This document shows, piece after piece, positions 26,755-36,853 of a stretch of DNA of 64,000 nt; position 1 is the first letter of the stretch; every line of letters starts with the position of its first letter. Origin of the DNA: Candidatus Latescibacterota bacterium. Lineage in GTDB: Bacteria > Krumholzibacteriota > Krumholzibacteriia > WVZY01 > JAKEHA01. The position numbers and the translations under genes are program-made. The notes beneath the pieces were generated by a model. The model had not been told where the DNA came from and did no database searches. It saw only the letters and a program-made list of their open reading frames with translations. The stretch is from contig OY970173.1 of the NCBI GenBank assembly GCA_963707635.1, forward strand, positions 224,001-288,000, read 5' to 3'.

Positions 26755-27061
26755 TCCAGGCGCCGGAGCGAGTGGCCGCAATTACCCACTCCGGACCGCT
26801 TTAGTTGGGTGCTCTACTTCCGTATCGCCGAACCGCCCCTCCCGCCTCGTCTTCCCCAGCCCCTTGCCTCGGAGGCAGTATAGCAAAGAAAGCGATTCTT
26901 TTCTCTTAAATTATTGCCCCAAACTAGACTTTTTCCTAACCCAAGACCTTTACGTAGGTTGCCCGATCGGCCATAATCCCATCCGCCCCCGGGGAGGTCG
27001 GCGTTTTGTGCTCCGCCGGTTTCAGTCATTGAAATGGGAGCCTGTCAATCAAGGAGTCTCG

Positions 27062-28849
27062 ATGAGAAGTCATTCTAGGAACCGTGTCACCACGGTCGTC
27101 GCCATCGCGCTGGTCGCGCTCGTCGCGTCGTGCGGTAAGAAAGCCGAACAAGAGGAATCCACCGTGGCCGAGCTGCATTTTCCGCACATCGCCCCGGACA
27201 GTCTGCGCTCGGAGATGGCCCGCTACGCGCCGGTGGAGATCGCCTACGACGAGACGATTCTTTCCACCGCCGAGAAACAGGCGCTCGCCAAGATCGTCGC
27301 CGCCGCGCACGAAATGGACGAAATCTTCCTGCGCCAGGTGTGGGAAGGCAACGTCGCGCTGCGCGACGAGCTGGCGAAGGCCGCCCAGATCGACGGCCCG
27401 AATCAGAATCTCTACAGCGACCTGCTGCATTATTTCCGCATCAACGCGGGCCCCTGGATCCGTCTCGAGGGGAACCGGCCGTTTATCGGCACCATGGCGA
27501 AGCCCACGGGCGCGGGCTTCTACCCCCAGGACATGACCAAGGACGAGTTCGAAAAACTCGTGGCGGCCAACCCCGACCAGAAGGATGCGCTCACGGGGTA
27601 CTTTACGCGCATCGAGCGCACACCCGACGGGAGCCTCAAGGCGGTCGAGTACCGCGACGCCTACGGCCCCTTCCTGAAAAACGCCGCGGCGCTCTTGAAC
27701 GAGGCGGCGGATATCCTGACGTCGGACCCCGCGAAGGCGGCGATGGCGAAGGGCGTCGACTACACCACGCTGGCGACGTTTCTGCGCAGCCGCGCGGCCG
27801 CGTTTCAATCGAACGATTACTTCCAGAGCGACATGGACTGGATGGACGTCAAAGACAACCTGATCGACGTGACCATCGGTCCCTACGAGGTCTACGAAGA
27901 CGGCCTGTTCAACTACAAGGCGTCGTTCGAGGCCGTCATCGCGATTCGCAATCCCGCCGACAGCAAGAAGCTCGATGAGCTCAAGAGCTTTCTGCCGGCG
28001 ATGGAGCGCGGGCTGCCCATCCCCGCCGAGTACAAGAACGCCAGCCGCGGAACCGATTCGCCCATCAGCGTGGTCGACGTCGTCCATGCCGCCGGCGACA
28101 TCAAGGCGGGCGTACACGCGGTGGCCTTCAACTTGCCCAACGACGAACGCGTGCGCGAGGCCAAAGGGAGCAAGAAGGTCCTGCTCAAGAACATCTCCCG
28201 CGCCAAGTACGAACAGATCCTGGTGCCGATTGCCAACCTGGTGCTCAATCCCGACCAGATGGCCCACGTGGACTTCGAGAGTTTCTTCAACCACACCCTG
28301 ATGCACGAACTGGCGCACGGCCTCGGACCCGGAACCATCACCCTTCCCGACGGGTCGAAGACCACGGTCAACCAGGCCTTGAAGACGCTGTATTCGCCGC
28401 TCGAGGAGTGCAAGGCCGACGTGATGGGGCTCTACAACAACGAGTACCTGGTGAAGAACAGCTACATGACCCCGCAGCAGCTCACGAAGCAGTACGTCGT
28501 GTTTCTGCCCGGCCTCTTCCGGTCGATGCGCTTCGGTCTGCACGAGGCCCACGGCAAGGGGAACCTGATCCAGTACAACTGGTTCAAGGACAAAGGAGCG
28601 TTCACGCTGGATCCGGCGACGGATCGATACACGGTGAACGTCGACAAGATGGGCGAGGCGGCGAAGTCGCTCACGCGCGAGCTGTGCCTGCTCCAGGCCC
28701 GGGGCGACTACGACGCCGCGCAGGCCTTCGTCGACGTGTGGGGCACGGTGCCCCCCGAGGTCGAGCGCATCGTCGACAAGCTGGTCAACATCCCGTCGGA
28801 TGTGGCGCCGGATTACGACGCGCGTCAGTTCGCCACCGCGGCGCAGTAG
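27062..28849 (+). CDS. Peptidase M49 (dipeptidyl peptidase III-like) lipoprotein
   Basis: AGGAG RBS; lipobox VASC; GAGFYPQDMTK, IGPYEVYEDGLF, AFNLPNDERV, HELAHGLG, EECKAD. Confidence 0.9.
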   Translation: MRSHSRNRVTTVVAIALVALVASCGKKAEQEESTVAELHFPHIAPDSLRSEMARYAPVEIAYDETILSTAEKQALAKIVAAAHEMDEIFLRQVWEGNVALRDELAKAAQIDGPNQNLYSDLLHYFRINAGPWIRLEGNRPFIGTMAKPTGAGFYPQDMTKDEFEKLVAANPDQKDALTGYFTRIERTPDGSLKAVEYRDAYGPFLKNAAALLNEAADILTSDPAKAAMAKGVDYTTLATFLRSRAAAFQSNDYFQSDMDWMDVKDNLIDVTIGPYEVYEDGLFNYKASFEAVIAIRNPADSKKLDELKSFLPAMERGLPIPAEYKNASRGTDSPISVVDVVHAAGDIKAGVHAVAFNLPNDERVREAKGSKKVLLKNISRAKYEQILVPIANLVLNPDQMAHVDFESFFNHTLMHELAHGLGPGTITLPDGSKTTVNQALKTLYSPLEECKADVMGLYNNEYLVKNSYMTPQQLTKQYVVFLPGLFRSMRFGLHEAHGKGNLIQYNWFKDKGAFTLDPATDRYTVNVDKMGEAAKSLTRELCLLQARGDYDAAQAFVDVWGTVPPEVERIVDKLVNIPSDVAPDYDARQFATAAQ

Positions 28850-28903
28850 CGCTCCGGTCGGCAATAGCGGGCGCCCGGGTCGTGGGGACCCGGGCGCTCA
28901 CCC

Positions 28904-30919
28904 ATGAAGCGCAAGAAGCCCCGCAAGATTTCCGCAGCGTCGACGTCCGTCGACGGCGCTCGAGGGTCGGCGTTGCCGGCAGGGGCCGGCTCCCACCCGC
29001 GCGTCGGCCTGCTCACCGGCGCCGCCGCTCTGTCGGCCGCGCTGGTGGTCGCCGCTTCCTTCCTCCCCGGCGCCCGCCTGTGGGGGATCAACCACCTGGC
29101 CTTCGTCTCTCCGCCCGCGCGGTGGGCGGCGATCGTCGTGATCGCGCTGGCATTCGTCCCCGCTCTGGCGCGGCCGGCGTACCGCGGGCTGCTGGGGGCC
29201 GCGGCCCGGCTGACGGGGTCGAACCGCAGGGCGCAGCTTGTCATCCTCGCCGCGATCGCCGTCGCGGCGGTGCCTGGATTCGGCGCGCTGCGTTCGTCGA
29301 CGCTGCTCCTGGGCGACGGCCAGCTCATCGTCCGCAGCTTCGAAGCCGCCGAGGAGGGGCACGATACCGTCATCATGCGCAGCCCCCGGGCGATCGTGAA
29401 CGAGGATTTCATCGCACCGGGAACCACGCTCCTCTATTACGGCGCCTCGAAGGTCGCTACCGGCCCCTTCAAGAAGACTCCCCTGGTCGGGCTGCAGGTG
29501 TTCAATTGTCTGCTGGGGGGCGTGTTCGTGTTCCTGTTGCTGGTGGTGGCGACGGCCGCGTCCATCAGCCCGGAACACCGAACCTGGCTGCTGTGGCTGG
29601 GGCTGTTTTCGTGTTCGATCGAGCTGTTCTTCGGTTACGTCGAGAACTATACCGCGCCGTTTCTGCTCCTGTTCCTTTACGTCGTGACGGCGTTTCGGGC
29701 GCTCCACAATCGAGGTCCCCTGTGGCTCCCCGTCGTGCCGCTGGTGCTGGCGGCCTACGCCCACGTGCAGAGCATTCTGTTCATCCCGTCGTTCGTCTAT
29801 CTGGTGACATGGAAACGGGCGGGCACACGGCGCGGAGCGCTGCTGCGCCTGTGGACGCCGCTATTCGGGAGCGTGGCGATGATCGGCGTGGCGGTGTGCT
29901 CGGCGTTCCCGCTGCTAAAACGCTTCTACGTCCCGTTCGGATTTCGTAACGACCAATATGCGCTCTTCGCGCCGCATCACCTGGCGGACATCATGAACGA
30001 GGTGTTCATGCTTTTCCCGATCGTGCCACTGGTGGCCGCGATGCTCTGGGTCACGCACCGCGCGGAACGCGCGTCCGGGCGCAATTTCATGGGCGATACC
30101 AAGGCGGCGCGGGGAGAGCCGACGTCGTGGTTTTCCCACCCGGCCGAATGGCAGCTTGTCGTCACGATTCTGATTCCCTGCGTTTTCTATCTCGTCTTGT
30201 TCCACCCGGAGATTGGAATGGCGCGGGACTGGGACCTGTTCACCATGACGACCCTCGCGATCGTTCCGGTGGCGATCCTGACCCTGAATCGCTATGCGTC
30301 CGCGACTGGGGTGACCGCCGACACGCTGGCCCGCTTAGCGGTGCCGGCCTTCGCGGTGGTCGCGGTGACCACCACGGCGTGGGTAAGCATCAACGCCTCG
30401 TCCAACCGCACCATCGACCGCTTCGTGCGCATTCTCACCTACGACCGCACCCACGCATCCTATGCGTGGGAAAACCTCGCCCTGCTGTATCACGATCGCC
30501 GTCAACTGGACAAGGCCATCGAGGTCATGCGCACCGCGTCCGACCAGTCGCACAACCCCCGACAGTACACGCGCCTGGCGGTTTATCTGGAGGAAGACGG
30601 GCAGACGGACGAGGCGATCAAGATACTCGACGACGTGCTGGCGCGCAGGCCCTCGTACACCAAGGCCCGATTTCGACTGGTCATGTTTCTCGAGAAGCGC
30701 GGCGACTGGACGCGGTTGCTGGAGGTGTCGAAGGCCGGCGTCGAGCACAACCCCGAAGAAGGCATCTACCACTTCTTCTATGGCGAGAGCCTGCTGCAGG
30801 CGGGGCGGATCGACGAGGCGATGGAGGCATTTCGCAGCTGCCGTGGCCTGGAACTGCCGGCCGCCGCGAAGCAGTTCGTCGAGTCGACGTTGCGCGCCTA
30901 CGAACAGGGCGGCAAGTAG
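28904..30919 (+). CDS. Polytopic membrane protein with C-terminal TPRs (possible GT-C-fold glycosyltransferase)
   Basis: >10 TM segments; LLGDG, FFGYVENY and ARDWDLF loops; C-terminal TPRs. Confidence 0.65.
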   Translation: MKRKKPRKISAASTSVDGARGSALPAGAGSHPRVGLLTGAAALSAALVVAASFLPGARLWGINHLAFVSPPARWAAIVVIALAFVPALARPAYRGLLGAAARLTGSNRRAQLVILAAIAVAAVPGFGALRSSTLLLGDGQLIVRSFEAAEEGHDTVIMRSPRAIVNEDFIAPGTTLLYYGASKVATGPFKKTPLVGLQVFNCLLGGVFVFLLLVVATAASISPEHRTWLLWLGLFSCSIELFFGYVENYTAPFLLLFLYVVTAFRALHNRGPLWLPVVPLVLAAYAHVQSILFIPSFVYLVTWKRAGTRRGALLRLWTPLFGSVAMIGVAVCSAFPLLKRFYVPFGFRNDQYALFAPHHLADIMNEVFMLFPIVPLVAAMLWVTHRAERASGRNFMGDTKAARGEPTSWFSHPAEWQLVVTILIPCVFYLVLFHPEIGMARDWDLFTMTTLAIVPVAILTLNRYASATGVTADTLARLAVPAFAVVAVTTTAWVSINASSNRTIDRFVRILTYDRTHASYAWENLALLYHDRRQLDKAIEVMRTASDQSHNPRQYTRLAVYLEEDGQTDEAIKILDDVLARRPSYTKARFRLVMFLEKRGDWTRLLEVSKAGVEHNPEEGIYHFFYGESLLQAGRIDEAMEAFRSCRGLELPAAAKQFVESTLRAYEQGGK

Positions 30920-30960
30920 CGAGCGCGACCTGTGCGGGTCCTGTCGCCTCGCCACCCGCA

Positions 30961-32265
30961 TCAGGGCGACTCGTCGTCTTCTTCCTCGTCCTCGTCGTCG
31001 GCGCCGAGCGTGTCCGGCGGCAGTACCGCGTTCTCGATGAGCGACGCCCCGTCGATGTTCTCGACCAGCGAGTTGTAGGAAAAAATCGCGTAGCCGGCCA
31101 CACCGATCTCACGCAAAAGCGAAACCGTCTCGGCGAGGTCCTCGTCGCGCCCATCGTACACGCCCAGGCCGACCAGCAGGCGATCCACCCCGACGGTTCG
31201 CAGGTACACCTCCGCGCGGTGCTCGATTTCGGCGGGAGGCATGCTGTACGCCATCGGGGCGACGAAATCCACCCAGCCCTGGTGGACCCATCGCGCCCAC
31301 TCCTGCCCCTTGTCGATCCTCGCCACCACCGGGTCCGCGATGACCGCCGCCGACACCGCTTTTCCACCCGCGGCCGCGTGGATCGCGCTCACCATGCTGT
31401 CCACCTGCGCCACCCGGAATTCGCTGTACACGCTGTCCATCAGCGCGAGCGCCTGCGCGCCGACCATGCGCTGGAGTGCGGCGCGATCTCCCGCGACCAG
31501 TTCGGCGGGATCGATGCCGTAGCGCACGGTGAAGCGCGCGCGGCTCTCGGGGTCGAAGGAGTACTCCCGGTTCGGGTAGCGGATGTAGTCGAGATGGATG
31601 CCGTCGATGTCGTAGGAGGCGACGAGATCCCTCACCACGTTCGCCATGTGGACGCGCAGCTCCCGCACGCCGGGCGAAAGGAACTGGCCGTCGATCCCCT
31701 CCGCCTTCCAGCGCGAGCGCGGGACCCGGTCCATGCGCACGCCGCGCGCGTTGGTGAGGATCCATTCCGGGTGCCGGGCCGCCAGGTGCGACGCGGGCGG
31801 CGCCGCGGGATCCGACCACACGTAGAAGACGTTCAGCCAGGCGTGCACCGCGATTCCCTGCCGGTGCGCCAGCGTGATCAGGTACGCGAGCGGGTCGAAG
31901 TCCGCGATCGACCCGGCGATGCCGGGCGCGATGGGGTCGAGCCGCGTCCGGTAGTAGGCGTCGCCGCGACCGCGCACCTGCACGAACAGCAGGTGGAACC
32001 GCGTCTGCACGGCGAAGTCTATGAGCCGGTCGATGGAGCCGGGGCTCGTCAGCGCGTCGCGCACGACCCACAGCGCGCGGATTTCCTCGGCGGGAAGAAT
32101 GGCGGTGGATTCGCGCAGGCGCGCGAGGTAGGGGGGCGCGAACCAGGCGGTATCGGCTGCCTGCGAAAACGCGGGAGCCCCTCCCGGTGGAAGGGGCTCC
32201 CAGGCCAAACAGATCGTTGCGATGAAGACCGCGGCGGGCGACGCGGCCCGTACCCCGCGCGACAT
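30961..32265 (-). CDS. Glycosyl hydrolase-like 10 (GHL10/YddW-DigH family) protein
   Basis: EIRALWV, FVQVRGRGDAYY, FDPLAYLITLAHRQGIAVHAWLN, YDIDGIHLDYIRYP. Confidence 0.9.
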   Translation of the reverse strand: MSRGVRAASPAAVFIATICLAWEPLPPGGAPAFSQAADTAWFAPPYLARLRESTAILPAEEIRALWVVRDALTSPGSIDRLIDFAVQTRFHLLFVQVRGRGDAYYRTRLDPIAPGIAGSIADFDPLAYLITLAHRQGIAVHAWLNVFYVWSDPAAPPASHLAARHPEWILTNARGVRMDRVPRSRWKAEGIDGQFLSPGVRELRVHMANVVRDLVASYDIDGIHLDYIRYPNREYSFDPESRARFTVRYGIDPAELVAGDRAALQRMVGAQALALMDSVYSEFRVAQVDSMVSAIHAAAGGKAVSAAVIADPVVARIDKGQEWARWVHQGWVDFVAPMAYSMPPAEIEHRAEVYLRTVGVDRLLVGLGVYDGRDEDLAETVSLLREIGVAGYAIFSYNSLVENIDGASLIENAVLPPDTLGADDEDEEEDDESP

Positions 32266-32273
32266 CCGACTGG

Positions 32274-32981
32274 TTACCCGGACTTCCGGGATTTCGACGT
32301 CCGGGTCGCGCCCTTCTTGCCCGCGCTGTCGGACTTCTTCTTCGACCTGTCTTTCTTGTCGTCGGTCTCGCGCTTCGTGTCCTTGGCTGGCTTCGCCTTC
32401 TTTTCTTTCTTGTCTTTCTTGGCCTTCTTGTCCTTGTCCGCGCTGTCGCCTTCCGCCGGCTTGGAACGACCGCGAGGCGCCTTGACCTGCGTCTCGGGCC
32501 CCGCTTCCTGCGGCACCGATCCGCGGATGAGCGGCTTCTTCGTCACTTCGGTGTCGACCAGCTCGAGCAGCACCAGGCGCGCGTTGTCGCCCACGCGATG
32601 ATGATCGAGCCGGATGATGCGCGTGTATCCGCCGTTTCGCTCCAGATACAGGGGCGCAATCTGGTCGAAGAGCTTGCGCAGGATTTCCGGACTGCGCACG
32701 AAGCGCCCGGCCTGGCGCCAGTGCGCGAGCGCCACGGCTTGCTGGTGTTTGGCCTCGCCGTCCTTGCCCGAGGATTGGAGGCTCGTGAACTCCTGCTGCG
32801 CGCGGTAGCCCTTCTTGGCCCGCGTGATGAGGCGTTCCGCGAAGCGGCGCGCCTCCTTGGCCTTCGGGCCGGTGGTGGTGATGCGTTCAGACTGGAACAA
32901 CGATGTCACCATGCTGCGCATCAGCGCGCGGCGGTGCGACGCCGTCCGTCCAAGTTTGCGATGGTCTACCCGATGTCTCAT
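32274..32981 (-). CDS. rplQ: 50S ribosomal protein L17 with internal insertion and Lys-rich tail
   Basis: RKLGRTASHRRAL..ERITTT..KAKE..GGYTRII. Confidence 0.97.
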   Translation of the reverse strand: MRHRVDHRKLGRTASHRRALMRSMVTSLFQSERITTTGPKAKEARRFAERLITRAKKGYRAQQEFTSLQSSGKDGEAKHQQAVALAHWRQAGRFVRSPEILRKLFDQIAPLYLERNGGYTRIIRLDHHRVGDNARLVLLELVDTEVTKKPLIRGSVPQEAGPETQVKAPRGRSKPAEGDSADKDKKAKKDKKEKKAKPAKDTKRETDDKKDRSKKKSDSAGKKGATRTSKSRKSG

Positions 32982-33005
32982 TTTGATTCCTTATTCGCGC
33001 CCGGT

Positions 33006-33097
33006 GAGGAACTCACGTCCTTTTCCGCTCATGCACTTCGCGCGCGATAGTTGAAAGCGCGCCTCGTGAAATCGCGTCGAAGGGCCGTTCGTTCCTC
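33006..33097 (-). repeat. Dispersed structured repeat, copy A (rpoA-rplQ gap)
   Basis: Reverse complement of 33024-33081 nearly matches 48023-48080; closed by GAGGAAC/GTTCCTC stem. Confidence 0.85.
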
Positions 33098-33111
33098 CCC
33101 GAAACAAGCCC

Positions 33112-34137
33112 CTACGAATTCTCGACCGTGAGCTCCGGCTCGTCGATCATCGGCCGCGGCGCCTTGCCGCCGAGAATGGCCTCGACGTCCATGCCCAGGT
33201 GGAGGCCCATGCCGTTGAGGATCTCGGTGATCTCCTTCAGGCTCTGCTTGCCGAAGTTGCGGTACTTGAGCATCTCGGCCTCCGAGCGCCGAACCAGATC
33301 GCCGAGCGTCTTGATGTTCGCGCGGCGCAGGCAATTCCCGGAGCGCACCGACAACTCCAGCTCTTCCACGCTCCGGCCCAGAATGTCGCGCAGCCGCTCG
33401 TGCTCCTCGTCCACCACCGGCTCGGCCGCCTCCATCGGAGACTCGTCGAACTGGATGAACAGCAGCATGTGATCCTTCACGATCTTCGCGGCGTAGCCGA
33501 GCGCGTCTTCCGGGCGCGTGCTGCCGTTGGTCGTGATTTCGAGAATCAGGCGATCGTAGTCCGTGCGTTGTCCCACGCGAGTGTTCTCGACCGTGTAGGC
33601 GACCTTGCGCACCGGAGCAAAGTTTGAATCCATCGGAATCAGACCGATGTCGTAATCGCCGAGGTCGTGGCTTTCGGCGGGCATGTAGCCCCGGCCGTGC
33701 CCGACCAGAATGTCCATCTCGACCTCGACCGGCTCCGACGCGGTGCAGATCACGAGCTCCGGATTGATGATGTCCATGTCGGCGTCGGGGCTGATGTCGG
33801 CGGCCGTGATCGGCCCCACCTTGCCCACGCGGAGCTTCAGGAACCTGGGCTCGTCGCCGTGCATCACCACGACCAGCTGCTTCAGATTGAGCACGATCTC
33901 GGTAACATCCTCCATCACGCCGGGGATGTTCGACAACTCGTGCAGCACTCCCTTGATGCGCACCGCGGTGACCGCGGCGCCCTGAATCGAGGAGAGCAGC
34001 GTGCGTCGCAGCGCGTTGCCGAGGGTGAGGCCGAAGCCCCGCTCGAGCGGTTCGACCACGAAGCGTGCGGTCGTGTGCGTGCTGGTCGCGGGGTCGCGAA
34101 CAACTTCCTTGGGCATGAGCAGATTGCGCCATTTCAT
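33112..34137 (-). CDS. rpoA: RNA polymerase alpha subunit
   Basis: EPLERGFGLTLGNALRR; ELELSVRSGNCL. Confidence 0.99.
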   Translation of the reverse strand: MKWRNLLMPKEVVRDPATSTHTTARFVVEPLERGFGLTLGNALRRTLLSSIQGAAVTAVRIKGVLHELSNIPGVMEDVTEIVLNLKQLVVVMHGDEPRFLKLRVGKVGPITAADISPDADMDIINPELVICTASEPVEVEMDILVGHGRGYMPAESHDLGDYDIGLIPMDSNFAPVRKVAYTVENTRVGQRTDYDRLILEITTNGSTRPEDALGYAAKIVKDHMLLFIQFDESPMEAAEPVVDEEHERLRDILGRSVEELELSVRSGNCLRRANIKTLGDLVRRSEAEMLKYRNFGKQSLKEITEILNGMGLHLGMDVEAILGGKAPRPMIDEPELTVENS

Positions 34138-34176
34138 GTTTCGTTTCCTCCTCTTGCGGGGACGCGCGAGTGCGGC

Positions 34177-34806
34177 CTACTTCGAATACAGCTCGACGAT
34201 GAGCTGCTCCTCGACCGGCACCGGAATCACATCGCGGCTTGGAATCTCCACGAAGGTCCCCTCGAGCTTGTTCGTGTCCAGATCCAGATAGGGAACCGAC
34301 TGCCGCGCGTCCACGTTCTTGATCGCCTCGCGAATGATGAACAGGTCGCGGCTCTTTCCGCGCGGCGCCACCCGGTCACCCGGTGAAACCAGGTAGCTCG
34401 GGATGTTGACCCTCTTTCCGTTCACCTCGAAGTGGCTGTGACGAATCAGCTGCCGCGCCTGCGCGCGCGAGGCGGTGAAGCCGAACCGATAGACGACGTT
34501 GTCCAGGCGCCGCTCGAGCATCTGGAGCAGGGTGGTGCCGGTGATACCCTTCTGCTGCGCCGCCTTCTCGAAGTAGTTGCGGAACTGCCGTTCCAGCAAC
34601 CCGTACGTCTTGCGGAGTTTCTGCTTTTCGCGCAACTGCATGTTGTACTTCGAAGACTTGCCCTTCCGCGTCTTGCCGTGCTGGCCCGGCGGGAAGTTGC
34701 GCTTTTCGATGGCGCACTTGTTGGAATAGCAACGGTCCCCCTTGAGGAAGAGCTTCTCCCCCTCGCGGCGGCACAACTTGCACTTGGCGTCACGATACCT
34801 GGCCAT
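34177..34806 (-). CDS. rpsD: 30S ribosomal protein S4
   Basis: [26 protein letters not shown]. Confidence 0.99.
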   Translation of the reverse strand: MARYRDAKCKLCRREGEKLFLKGDRCYSNKCAIEKRNFPPGQHGKTRKGKSSKYNMQLREKQKLRKTYGLLERQFRNYFEKAAQQKGITGTTLLQMLERRLDNVVYRFGFTASRAQARQLIRHSHFEVNGKRVNIPSYLVSPGDRVAPRGKSRDLFIIREAIKNVDARQSVPYLDLDTNKLEGTFVEIPSRDVIPVPVEEQLIVELYSK

Positions 34807-34817
34807 TCATTCCTCCG

Positions 34818-35216
34818 TTATACACGCCGCCGCTTGCGGGGACGGCATCCATTGTGCGGAATCGGCGTGCAATCTTTCACCGCGGTAACATCGAGGCCCG
34901 CCGCGCGCAGCGAACGAATCGCCGCCTCGCGGCCCGCGCCCGGGCCCGTAATCCAGGCTTCCACTTTTCTCATGCCCAACTCGAGGGCTTCACGCGCGCA
35001 GCGCTCGGCGGCGAGCTGGGCCGCGAACGGCGTGCTCTTCCGGGAGCCCTTGAACCCCACCATGCCGGGGCTGGCCCACGACACCACCGCACCGCTCATG
35101 TCGGTGATGGTGACAATCGTGTTGTTGAACGTCGACTGGATGTGGGCAACACCCGCGACGTCCACCTTCCGGTTCTTCTTCTTGCTTCCCGGCCGTTTCG
35201 GCTTCTTGTCCGTCAA
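34818..35216 (-). CDS. rpsK: 30S ribosomal protein S11
   Basis: [28 protein letters not shown]. Confidence 0.99.
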   Translation of the reverse strand: MTDKKPKRPGSKKKNRKVDVAGVAHIQSTFNNTIVTITDMSGAVVSWASPGMVGFKGSRKSTPFAAQLAAERCAREALELGMRKVEAWITGPGAGREAAIRSLRAAGLDVTAVKDCTPIPHNGCRPRKRRRV

Positions 35217-35282
35217 CGCGTTCCTCCTTGACCGCGGCGCGTGCAGTGCGCGGCGCGGTGCATCGATTTCACTTCCCGGCGG

Positions 35283-35669
35283 CTATGCTTTGGACGGCGC
35301 AGCCTTCCGCTTGCCGACACCCGGCCGCACCTTCGGGCCCTTGCGCGTGCGCGCGTTGGTGCGCGTCCGCTGGCCGTGCACCGGCAGATTCACGCGATGC
35401 CGGCGCCCACGGTAGCAGTTGATGTCGATCAATCGCTTGATGTTGAAGCTCAGCTCCGTTCGGAGCTCACCCTCCACCTTGAATTCGTTCTCGATGATAT
35501 TGCGGAGCTTGATGCCCTGGTCCTCCAGGAGATTCTTCACCCGGGTGTTGGGATCCAGGCCCGCCTTCGAGCAAATCATGTTCGCCGACTTCGGCCCGAT
35601 GCCGAAGATGTACGTCAGAGCAACGACCACTCGCTTCTCGTTCGGAATGTCTACGCCTGCGATTCGCAC
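35283..35669 (-). CDS. rpsM: 30S ribosomal protein S13
   Basis: [29 protein letters not shown]. Confidence 0.99.
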   Translation of the reverse strand: MRIAGVDIPNEKRVVVALTYIFGIGPKSANMICSKAGLDPNTRVKNLLEDQGIKLRNIIENEFKVEGELRTELSFNIKRLIDINCYRGRRHRVNLPVHGQRTRTNARTRKGPKVRPGVGKRKAAPSKA

Positions 35670-35741
35670 TGTCGACCGGTCTCCTTTCCTCGCCGGACCA
35701 CCGGGTGCCCGCCCCGACGGGGCGGCACGCGGCCGTCGCTC

Positions 35742-35855
35742 CTAGCCCTGCCGCTGCTTGTGTCGCTTGTGCTTGCAGATGACGCGAAGCACGCCCTTGC
35801 GCCGGATCAGCTTGCAATCCGGGCAGATCTTCTTGATTGATGTTCTGACTTTCAT
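35742..35855 (-). CDS. rpmJ: 50S ribosomal protein L36 (Zn-binding type)
   Basis: Below ORF-track cutoff; manual translation [37 protein letters not shown]. Confidence 0.97.
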   Translation of the reverse strand: MKVRTSIKKICPDCKLIRRKGVLRVICKHKRHKQRQG

Positions 35856-35871
35856 GTCGCTTCCCTCGCGA

Positions 35872-36090
35872 TTACTTGTACCGATAAACGATCCGGCCCT
35901 TGGTCGGATCGTACGCCGAGATTTCGAGCGTCACCCGATCCCCCGGCAGGATCTTGATAAAGTGCATTCTCATCTTGCCCGACACGTGGGCGAGCACTAC
36001 GTGCTTGTTCGCGAGCTCGACCCGGAACATCGTGTTGGGCAGGGCCTCCACCACGGTCCCTTCGACTGTAATCGTGTCCTCTTTTGGCAC
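35872..36090 (-). CDS. infA: Translation initiation factor IF-1
   Basis: [30 protein letters not shown]. Confidence 0.99.
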   Translation of the reverse strand: MPKEDTITVEGTVVEALPNTMFRVELANKHVVLAHVSGKMRMHFIKILPGDRVTLEISAYDPTKGRIVYRYK

Positions 36091-36109
36091 ATTCCCTTTC
36101 GCCGGTTCT

Positions 36110-36853
36110 TCACCGCGTGAGAATCTTCGGGCCGTCGACGGTCACCGCGACCGTATCCTCGAAATGGGCGGACAGGGTTCGATCCGCCGTGACGATCGTC
36201 CACCCGTCTTCCAGCGTGAACACCTCGGCCGCTCCAACGTTCACCATCGGTTCGATGGCCAGGACCAGCCCCGCTTCGAGGACGATCCCCTGTCCGGGCG
36301 GGCCGAAGTTGGGAACCTGCGGGTCCTCGTGCATCCGCCGCCCGATGCCGTGCCCGACCAGCGATCGCACTACCGAGAACCCGGCCTGCTTCGCGTGCGT
36401 TTCCACCGCGTGCGAGATGTCCGTCAGGCGGTTGCCGGGTCGAGCCTGCTCGATCCCGCGCGCGAGCGCGTCCCACGTCACGTCCAGCAGGGTCTGCGCC
36501 TCGCGGCTGATCCCGCCGACCGGTATGGTTCGCGCGGAGTCGACGTAGAACCCATCCTTGAAAACGCCGATGTCGAGCCCGACGATGTCGCCCTCGCGCA
36601 GCGTGCGTTCGTCCGGGATGCCGTGGACGACTTCTTCGTTCACCGAGATGCACGTCGCCGCCGGGTACCCGTGGAACCCTTTGAACGCCGGCACCCCACC
36701 CCGCGCCAGAATCAGATCTTCGATCGCGGCGTCCAGCTCGCGGCGCGAGCGGCCCGGCCGGATGAAGTCGCGCGCGAGCTCGAAGCACTCGACCACGATC
36801 TGGCCGTTGGCGCGCATGACCGCGATCTCGGGCGGCGACTTCAGAACGATCAT
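36110..36853 (-). CDS. map: Methionine aminopeptidase type I
   Basis: C-terminal part of ORF 36110..38893 from [44 protein letters not shown]. Confidence 0.97.
   Translation of the reverse strand: MIVLKSPPEIAVMRANGQIVVECFELARDFIRPGRSRRELDAAIEDLILARGGVPAFKGFHGYPAATCISVNEEVVHGIPDERTLREGDIVGLDIGVFKDGFYVDSARTIPVGGISREAQTLLDVTWDALARGIEQARPGNRLTDISHAVETHAKQAGFSVVRSLVGHGIGRRMHEDPQVPNFGPPGQGIVLEAGLVLAIEPMVNVGAAEVFTLEDGWTIVTADRTLSAHFEDTVAVTVDGPKILTR

Noticed and set aside
26696..27061. 122-aa N-terminal extension of the M49 peptidase ORF
   Set aside because: The RBS and lipoprotein signal point to ATG 27062; the upstream region holds promoter/terminator elements
33024..33085. Hammerhead-ribozyme-like reading (CTCATGC..GAAA..GTC) of the dispersed repeat
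   Set aside because: The core deviates from CUGANGA at essential positions and stems I/III do not abut correctly; the opposite strand gives a more coherent fold
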